Origin: Caldisericia bacterium
GTDB lineage: Bacteria; Caldisericota; Caldisericia; JAAYUI01
DNA length: 64,000 nt
Assembly (NCBI GenBank): GCA_963674785.1
Contig: OY771555.1
Coordinates: 928,001 to 992,000, forward strand
Reading direction: 5' to 3'
The position numbers were made by a program, and so were the translations under genes. The notes under the pieces are model-generated. The model saw nothing but the letters and a program-made list of their open reading frames with translations. It had not been told where the DNA came from and made no database searches. How positions within the stretch are numbered: position 1 is the first letter of the stretch; each line of letters starts with the position of its first letter. Shown piece by piece: positions 56,996-64,000 of this stretch.

Positions 56996-57370
56996 CTATG
57001 AATTGCCTTTTTCAGAATGTTTCTTTACGATTTCCATTGCTGACTCTAGGTCGAATGCAGTGTAGAAATTGACTCTTCTGTAATATCTCAAAAGGTTTAT
57101 TCCAGTCTTTCTGATAACATCCTGAAGAATAAAGACTGTCCCGTGTCTTTTTGCGTCCAAACCCATCATCCCTTTTGCAAAATACTGAACCAAAGTAATG
57201 CTTTCTATCATAAAATCTGAAATATCAGAAATTATCCAGAACTTTTTGTCAAACTCTGAATCGATTTTTTTGAATTCCGCAACAAGCTCATCTATCTGAA
57301 CTCTCGTATTCAAATGCCCTATAGGCTTAACAAAAACTGTATTAATATCGGGGAAGTATCTTTTTTCCAT
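56996..57370 (-). CDS. STAS/SEC14-like small protein (paralogue)
   Basis: ...WIISDISD...IRKTG...FDLESAMEIV; probable start ATG 57370. Confidence 0.55.
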   Translation of the reverse strand: MEKRYFPDINTVFVKPIGHLNTRVQIDELVAEFKKIDSEFDKKFWIISDISDFMIESITLVQYFAKGMMGLDAKRHGTVFILQDVIRKTGINLLRYYRRVNFYTAFDLESAMEIVKKHSEKGNS

Positions 57371-57481
57371 TGTTAACACCATAACTATGCGGAGCAAGAT
57401 GTTATAGCATTTGCGTACACTGACAATACCAGTAATTGTTAAGAAATCTTCTGTTTAATTATGTTTGTTATCAGTTTTTGC

Positions 57482-58291
57482 CTAAAGTCCACTTTCATCA
57501 GCAAGGGTTAGATCGACTGCACCGATTGCAGTTATCAAGAAACTGAAGACGAAGAGGATGTGTATTACCCCAAATTCACCCATGTTTCCAAACAATCTTG
57601 CCCAGACAATGTAATTGAATAGGAACATCGTCAGGCTTCCGATAGCGATCAGAAGGAACGGTCTTCCAATTCTTCCACCAGCAAAAACCATCGTGCATCT
57701 GAGAGCAGATGCAAACACAAAAAGCGTCAAAGTCGGATATATTATTTGGATTATTAGATTCAAGGTTGTGAGATTCTCAGACTTATTTACAAAGAAGATT
57801 ATAATTGTGATTATAAGAACAGCCAAAAGCGAAAGAAGAAACCACTTTCTTTGTGAGTTTCGGAGTGTAATATCAAGGCTCTTTGGAAATGCGAAAAGTG
57901 CCCACGCAACAAGGATTCCACCGATAAGATAGAGAACCGATGCCTGAATCAAAGAGCTAGCAAGCTCATGATGAAGGACAAAAACGCGAACGAAGAATTC
58001 ATATCCATATCCAAATGCGATTGCCCATATACCAAAACCAATCATTATGACGTAGCTTTTTACGGTCTGAAGGATTCTGCCAAAAAAACCTTGATAAAGA
58101 AGTATTCCGCCAGCAACAAAGGCAGACAAAAACTTGAGAACGCCAATCCAATGTAACCCAAGTAGCTTGAAAACACCCATTGATGGTGTGGTAACAGGGG
58201 TTCCACCTTTGTGAGTAAGAAGCAATATAGATACTAGTATTGAAAGAAAAACTGCGGAAATAACACTGATTTTTGTCTTGTCCATTTCCAT
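57482..58291 (-). CDS. Polytopic (7-8 TM) membrane protein, copy 2
   Basis: Shares LLYQGF.G.IL.TV and ALRCTMVFA.GRIGRPFL.IAIG with the upstream paralogue. Confidence 0.75.
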   Translation of the reverse strand: MEMDKTKISVISAVFLSILVSILLLTHKGGTPVTTPSMGVFKLLGLHWIGVLKFLSAFVAGGILLYQGFFGRILQTVKSYVIMIGFGIWAIAFGYGYEFFVRVFVLHHELASSLIQASVLYLIGGILVAWALFAFPKSLDITLRNSQRKWFLLSLLAVLIITIIIFFVNKSENLTTLNLIIQIIYPTLTLFVFASALRCTMVFAGGRIGRPFLLIAIGSLTMFLFNYIVWARLFGNMGEFGVIHILFVFSFLITAIGAVDLTLADESGL

Positions 58292-58302
58292 CTTTCCTTT
58301 TA

Positions 58303-59103
58303 TCACCCGTTTATCGAGTCTGAGAGTGTCATATCAAATGCTCCAAGAGCGGTGATAAGAAAACAGAATACCCATAGTGTATGAATTGGATGGAATGCAT
58401 TGATTCTTGGTGTAAACGGAAGCCATGTGTAATAGACATTGGTAAAGATTGCCAAACCACCGATGGCGATGAATAAAAATGGTCTACCGATTCGACCTTC
58501 TGCAAAAACCATTGTGCATCTTAGAGCGCCAATGAATATCGAAAGAGTCAAGACAGCGTACAATATTTGAGATATAATACTAAGAGGGTCTGGAGATTTG
58601 ATCGATAATCTGATCATAAAAGCAATAGTCAGAATTGTCGTTACACCTACTGCAGTAAAAAACCATGGTCTCTGAGTTGCTTTCAATCGAGCTTCAAGTC
58701 TTGCTGGGAAGTCAAACAGTGCCCAAACTACAAGAACAGCTCCAACAACAAAAAATGCAGTGTATGCCCCAAATGCAACCGTATCTAGCTTCAGAAATGC
58801 TCTCTGATACACCTCGAATGCAAAACCGATTGCGATACTCAATACTCCAAAACCGATAACCTTTACGGTTGGTCTTACAGTTGAAAGGATGTTACCGACA
58901 AATCCTTGATAAAGCAGTATGAGTCCTGCAAAAAGTGGAGTAATGACCTTTGCAAGCTCAACCCAGAGTGCCCAGGAAACCTGACCATCAGCTACTCTGT
59001 TTTCCCAAACAATTTTCACAGCGCCAACTTCGAATATCGATAATATCAAAAATATAAGACAGATAGCAACGATAACCAACAAACTGATTCGAATCTTATC
59101 CAT
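58303..59103 (-). CDS. Polytopic (7-8 TM) membrane protein, copy 1
   Basis: Same motifs as the downstream paralogue; AGGAG RBS. Confidence 0.75.
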   Translation of the reverse strand: MDKIRISLLVIVAICLIFLILSIFEVGAVKIVWENRVADGQVSWALWVELAKVITPLFAGLILLYQGFVGNILSTVRPTVKVIGFGVLSIAIGFAFEVYQRAFLKLDTVAFGAYTAFFVVGAVLVVWALFDFPARLEARLKATQRPWFFTAVGVTTILTIAFMIRLSIKSPDPLSIISQILYAVLTLSIFIGALRCTMVFAEGRIGRPFLFIAIGGLAIFTNVYYTWLPFTPRINAFHPIHTLWVFCFLITALGAFDMTLSDSING

Positions 59104-59293
59104 GATGGATACTCCTAACTGATATTTTGTTTGAAAAAATCAAGCTTTTTTCTCGTCAATCACTGGTAAAAATAATACAAAAAAATAATCAAAAAAGCAA
59201 GTGATTTTTTTTATTTTCAGATATTGTTTTTTAAAAGAGGGTGACAATCAGAAAAACTTGCTGATTGTATGTTTTGCTTGTAAAATGCATCTG

Positions 59294-62248
59294 ATGAAGA
59301 AAGTAATGGTTTTAGCATTGTCAGTTATGTTGTTGTTTTTAGGATCAGGAGTAAGTGGATTCGAATATGCGAATTTTGTTTCAAAACCCACAAGATTCCG
59401 TGTAAAAGTGAATTCTTCTTTAGCTGTAGGAAGAATCTCTTTTGATGCATGGAATAATCCTGAGATGCCACAGCTTCAAAGGATGCCAAGGATCAAAGTT
59501 GGTTTTGCACCGATTGTTAATGGAACTGAGGTATGGGGAACCAATCTTTCGAGACTTCTTACGAATGATGGTTTTTCTGAATACATCGCAAGAAACTATC
59601 CAAACTTGAAAACGATAGAATTTGGGGAACAGTACGAACAGTTTATGGGTGGGGAGCTTATCACCACTTCAAAGATGTATAATGCTATTACAAATACCGG
59701 TATGTCGAAATCTACTGCAGAACAGCTTGCATTTGAAGCGATTGAAAATGAAGTTGATTGGACGATCCCTGGTACAGAGGATAATTTTGAAAAGATTGAT
59801 GTTTATCCTGGTTACGAAAACAGGGTAAACCTTGGTGATATTTTTGGTTCTGAGCTCGACAGAAAGAATGGTCGAGCTCTGACTGCAATTTCCCAGGGAT
59901 TTATTCCAGATTATGGTGTCGCTGAGGAACCTTTGGATTTTACAATATGCAATCCGTATACTTCAATCCCTGTGGTGTACGCTGAAGATCAGTACATGGA
60001 TTTCTTTTTTAGACCGATTGGAACAATTTTTGAACAAGATGGTGGAACTGTTGTAACAAAACCAAGTACTGAAACAGCTTGTTTTGTAAAGTTCAAGTAT
60101 CACGATACAACAGTTAGAAATATCCCATACACAAAATCAGATGATGGAATTGATGAGGCAGAGATTGATTTGAATGTCAGATATACTGGTGAATACAGGT
60201 TTGATTTTGCAATTGACCCTCCTCAGATTGGTGGTCAGGCAAATCTTCCACTAATTACTACAGGTATTGGTGAGGCTTCAATGTTTGATGGAGAAGGTAC
60301 GCAACACCTTGTGCAAAGCTTTCCATCACTTCGAAAGTTCTACGGTTGGCTTCCCCATACAGACCCCGGATATATCAACCAGAGGCTGTTGATTACTCCT
60401 GCGGTAAGAAAAAAATGTTTCTATGAATCGCGTCTTTGGGAGCTTTCCCATTTCAGGATTTTTTATCCTGTAGCAAGATTTGAGGATGACCTTCAAATTG
60501 TAACCGAAGAATCTGTGGATGTCTCTCCGATGTTTTTTGAAGAGATATCAATGGGCGAAATTGGATATTTCAAATTTACGAATCTTCCTTGGCTTGAGGG
60601 TGATGAAAATACTCACTATATCTACTCAGTTGATAGACCAATGAGGATTGTTGCCGTATATGAGCCGGGTGATCTTACGCCACGTGGAAAAGATGTGAGG
60701 GTTGAGTCGACCAGAATCACTCTTAACTGGGCTGTCACAACTGAAATGAAAAAGCTTGCAGAAATCAAAAAGAGGGAATGGGGAGAGAATTGGTGGGAGA
60801 AATATTTCCCGACCTTTTACACCATTAAGGTGGTTGGAGAAAATGGCTACAACAAGACATTCAAAAAAATCAACCCACTCACAGATACTTTAGTTATCGA
60901 AGAACTTGAACCAGGTAGTGAGTATTCATGGGAACTAGAAACTTGGGTTTCTGATGATAATGGATCATCTTCCCTGATGAATACTTGGACTTCTGAAAAA
61001 ATCAGAACAATTCCTCTTCCTAAACTTGTTGGTCATTGTGCAAAGGCTGATGCGATAAAACTTGAAACAGAGGTTAATGATGAAGGTTTTGAGGTTTGGA
61101 AGATAACCACCCCAATGAAGTATAAGCTTGGCTCAGCAGAACTTCAGCCGATGAGTTTTGAAGCTCGTCCAAGCGCAAGAATGTCACCTGTGAGATTGAA
61201 TCAACTTGATATGGTTGATGTCAGTTCTGAGGTCTCAGGTTCTACAAACTTGATTGCTAGAGTAAAGATTATCGATTTCACAGATAGTTTTGAAAAAAAT
61301 GACGAGGGTGAAAACATCATCCATGTTTTCTTCAGACCGCTTCGTGTGCAGGTGAAAGGGGTTGCGGTAGACGAGGTCTTCAAGCCTATTGGTGCTGAGG
61401 TAGGTGGTCAACTTAACCAATGGTGGCCTGCTGCAGATGGTTTGCTTACTGAATCTCCTAACAGGATGGTGACAGCTCCATTGATGTTTAAGGGAAAAAA
61501 GATGTGGAGCTTTAAAGAGTGGAAATGGAATGGGAAGATTCATGCCACAAAAGCCCCTTTTAAAGATCATATTAATGGAACAAGCGTCATTATGGTCAAA
61601 GGTTTCGGTTGTCAGGATGACCCTGAAAATCCTGTTGAGCTTACGATGTATGCTGTCTATGAAGAAGTTGAAGTTGATTGCTTCAACATTTCTGTTGATT
61701 TTTCTGTAAGATGGAATCTTGTTGATGTGAACTACAAAATTCCGATTTCTCCAAAGGGAGATTGCCCTGGAGACGAAAAAAAATTCATGACCGGCACCAA
61801 AGTTTCGATTGGACCGGTTCCAAATGTGATTGAAGTTGATGATCTTGAGTATAAATTTGTCGGATGGATCGTTGGTGACCAGACCTATACCGGTTTATCA
61901 ACGCTATCGCTTACAATGGATTCAGATAAAAGAGTGCTTGCAAACTACCAACCTTCAGACAGTAGATTTGAACTGAAATTCTATGCGATACTCGGAAGCA
62001 GAAATGTTAAACTCGATACGAAGATATTCCCTGATCCTGATCGTGAAGGCTACTATAAGGCAGGTGAGACTGTAGAGATTGGACCAGTTCCGATGTCTTT
62101 AAACAATGGTGAATACGTGTTTTCAGGTTGGTCTGTTGACGGAGCAGTTCAGGCTCCATCTGAAAAGCATAACATGTACAGCATCGTGATGGATGGAAAT
62201 CATAGAGTAGCGGCAGTGTACGAGTTGGCCCAGAAGAACCGGCGTTAA
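59294..62248 (+). CDS. Large secreted protein with FN3-like domain and InlB-B/'bacterial repeat' domains
   Basis: Signal peptide MKKVMVLALSVMLLF; ELEPGSEYSW; repeats G..V.IGPVP...Y.F.GW...MD....V.A.Y; promoter TTGCTG-N17-TAAAAT-N7-ATG. Confidence 0.7.
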   Translation: MKKVMVLALSVMLLFLGSGVSGFEYANFVSKPTRFRVKVNSSLAVGRISFDAWNNPEMPQLQRMPRIKVGFAPIVNGTEVWGTNLSRLLTNDGFSEYIARNYPNLKTIEFGEQYEQFMGGELITTSKMYNAITNTGMSKSTAEQLAFEAIENEVDWTIPGTEDNFEKIDVYPGYENRVNLGDIFGSELDRKNGRALTAISQGFIPDYGVAEEPLDFTICNPYTSIPVVYAEDQYMDFFFRPIGTIFEQDGGTVVTKPSTETACFVKFKYHDTTVRNIPYTKSDDGIDEAEIDLNVRYTGEYRFDFAIDPPQIGGQANLPLITTGIGEASMFDGEGTQHLVQSFPSLRKFYGWLPHTDPGYINQRLLITPAVRKKCFYESRLWELSHFRIFYPVARFEDDLQIVTEESVDVSPMFFEEISMGEIGYFKFTNLPWLEGDENTHYIYSVDRPMRIVAVYEPGDLTPRGKDVRVESTRITLNWAVTTEMKKLAEIKKREWGENWWEKYFPTFYTIKVVGENGYNKTFKKINPLTDTLVIEELEPGSEYSWELETWVSDDNGSSSLMNTWTSEKIRTIPLPKLVGHCAKADAIKLETEVNDEGFEVWKITTPMKYKLGSAELQPMSFEARPSARMSPVRLNQLDMVDVSSEVSGSTNLIARVKIIDFTDSFEKNDEGENIIHVFFRPLRVQVKGVAVDEVFKPIGAEVGGQLNQWWPAADGLLTESPNRMVTAPLMFKGKKMWSFKEWKWNGKIHATKAPFKDHINGTSVIMVKGFGCQDDPENPVELTMYAVYEEVEVDCFNISVDFSVRWNLVDVNYKIPISPKGDCPGDEKKFMTGTKVSIGPVPNVIEVDDLEYKFVGWIVGDQTYTGLSTLSLTMDSDKRVLANYQPSDSRFELKFYAILGSRNVKLDTKIFPDPDREGYYKAGETVEIGPVPMSLNNGEYVFSGWSVDGAVQAPSEKHNMYSIVMDGNHRVAAVYELAQKNRR

Positions 62249-64000
62249 TTGATCTGAGTTGATTTTAAGTCGTATCTTGTGTTTTCGACAAATCTAGGCT
62301 TGAGATCACTTTTTTCTCCACCTTTGTCGTGCATAAACTCTGAATATGACTTTTTGTTTTTTACACTTGGGATGAGTTCATCTGGCCTGTAGAACTGTTG
62401 CATGTAGGCTTCAAGTAGGTCAATTGTTACCTTGGGGCTATTGAAGAAAATCCAACTTGGCTCAGAAAGATTTTTGCTTATGAATTCCTTCTCCCAGACT
62501 GGGATTGCAGGATCAAGGTATATGAGGTATTTTTCAAAATATCCAAGAAGATCATCCATCAAAGTGTTGATCTCAATGAATGTGTAGTTTCTCACTTTCC
62601 AAGGGATGAGTGGGATTGGGTTGTATCTGAGAAACTGAAGTAGACAGACATAACTTGTGAAAAACGATAACCCCTTGTGTTCGGAGCTGCCAATGTGATA
62701 TTTGATCATGAATCTTGCTTGATACTCGAGTTTCTTCCATATCCCATGAACATATTGTTGTGCTGTTGAAAGTTTTGAGTATCTGAAATGTGAGAAGCAG
62801 GCAACAAGGAAAAATAGGGCAACAGATATTTTTTGATGGAATTGGTGTTCAGATGTCGAGAGGGAATGGATCTGCTCGATAAGGATATCAATGAGGCTGT
62901 GGCATCTCTTAACGATTGGTTCATCTTCTCCAGTGTCTTGCAAGTAAAATTGGAGTTTATCAATCCTTCCAATACAGATTCTTATTATTGATGAGTAGGC
63001 GATCAACTTAAGATTTATATTTTTGTCTTCATTCAGATTGATTTTGAGGAAATGAAGCGATTTGTCCATTCTGTCCTGAATCCACTCAATTATTGAAATG
63101 TCATTCAGAACATTCCCGATAAATAGTGTATTGTTTATGTTTTCATGGTTTCTTAAAAGGGTTGTGTAAATCATTCTGAAGGATGAGGAGATAAAGTCAT
63201 AATCAATTGTCGCAATTGATTTGATGAGAAGTACCTCAAGAACTCTGTATCCATGTAGAACTTCCCACTCATGCTCTCTGTTGTCTGCGACAATATCCCA
63301 GTTGTCTGATTGTTTCAGAAGATTGTTGCAGGAATGGATCAAATCGTGTAGAAGTTGTCTTATTATCTCGATGTTCTTGTCGTTTTTTTCAAGGGTAGTG
63401 GGATGATAAACAGCTATCTTGCATGCAGCCTCGATTGCTTTAATCATACCGGTTCTGTCGGTCACATTGAGGTCTCTTAGATAGTGGTTCATATCTTGTG
63501 AAAAAAATATTATTCTGTCATTTGTTTGTCTGAATTCCTTGAGAAGTTTCTCAGAAAGAAGAGTTTTTTCTCTCTTTGTTTTTGGTGCAACTATCTCATC
63601 ATCTATGTTTGTCCAAATATTGCAGATTGATTTTCTAAGAACTGGATAATGGGTTGGGTACTTCAAAAGATTGTCAAAAGTTGCATCTCGCAATTTGCTT
63701 GAGAGTTTTTCGCCCTCAAGAAGAAGAATTCCTTGTTTGTAGATGTAGAAAATCATGATCAGTGAAACGGCAAATAAAGTAGCAGAAAAAACTCCTGAGA
63801 TTTGTAGCGAGTTAATAATTAACTTCATCCCAAGTGTGATAAGACCAATTAAACCAAGTGAGATTACATGTGCCACAAACGTTGCCGATGTTTTTATGAA
63901 AGACACAAATACTTTTGAATTTCCTGAGATCACAAGACTTGTAGAAATCCCAACAATGAAAGTGATTATAAAAAAAGTACTTGGTATTGTTGGATTGATT
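62245..64000 (-). CDS. Hypothetical protein with N-terminal TM helices and helical C-terminal domain (5' end outside window)
   Basis: Frame stays open from the window edge (INPTIPSTFFIITFIVGISTSLVISG...) to the stop at 62245. Confidence 0.65.
   Translation of the reverse strand, partial: INPTIPSTFFIITFIVGISTSLVISGNSKVFVSFIKTSATFVAHVISLGLIGLITLGMKLIINSLQISGVFSATLFAVSLIMIFYIYKQGILLLEGEKLSSKLRDATFDNLLKYPTHYPVLRKSICNIWTNIDDEIVAPKTKREKTLLSEKLLKEFRQTNDRIIFFSQDMNHYLRDLNVTDRTGMIKAIEAACKIAVYHPTTLEKNDKNIEIIRQLLHDLIHSCNNLLKQSDNWDIVADNREHEWEVLHGYRVLEVLLIKSIATIDYDFISSSFRMIYTTLLRNHENINNTLFIGNVLNDISIIEWIQDRMDKSLHFLKINLNEDKNINLKLIAYSSIIRICIGRIDKLQFYLQDTGEDEPIVKRCHSLIDILIEQIHSLSTSEHQFHQKISVALFFLVACFSHFRYSKLSTAQQYVHGIWKKLEYQARFMIKYHIGSSEHKGLSFFTSYVCLLQFLRYNPIPLIPWKVRNYTFIEINTLMDDLLGYFEKYLIYLDPAIPVWEKEFISKNLSEPSWIFFNSPKVTIDLLEAYMQQFYRPDELIPSVKNKKSYSEFMHDKGGEKSDLKPRFVENTRYDLKSTQIN

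Noticed and set aside
610-63406. Numerous 60-180 aa antisense or overlapping ORFs in the six-frame track (e.g. 18749-19294, 29344-29787, 47484-47915)
   Set aside because: They lie opposite well-supported genes, have no RBS or motifs, and show the Ser/Ile/Phe-rich composition of shadow ORFs

Overview
A gene-dense, AT-rich (roughly 30-40% GC by spot counts) bacterial chromosomal segment. Several secreted proteins carry C-terminal copper-amine-oxidase-N ('stalk') domains, which suggests a Caldisericota-like anaerobe (inference only). Housekeeping and repair genes (gdh 3' end, alkC, dnaB, cinA, NIF3, nth, selA, cysK, an ECF sigma operon, a hybrid histidine kinase) alternate with accessory loci. 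The best candidate for an undescribed system is at 19930-22164: four tandem paralogous 67-69 aa peptides, each with a conserved ~48-aa leader and a variable core of C-x-x-x-(Y/F) units, sit directly upstream of a radical SAM/SPASM maturase, forming a probable RiPP cluster. The second candidate is a SIR2/TIR-rich putative defence region at 44450-55666: a TIR-SIR2 fusion paired with an X-TIR protein, and two tandem SIR2-STAND-TPR proteins that share an identical 200-aa stretch of the SIR2 domain but have divergent sensor regions. Also seen: six tandem VOC-fold genes, a direct repeat derived from the 3' end of a pyrimidine-dimer glycosylase gene that flanks three small genes, twin 55-aa membrane proteins with perfect sigma70 promoters, and widespread leaderless gene starts. 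I found no rRNA, tRNA, CRISPR array or transposase. All family assignments come from motifs recognised by eye, not from database searches.
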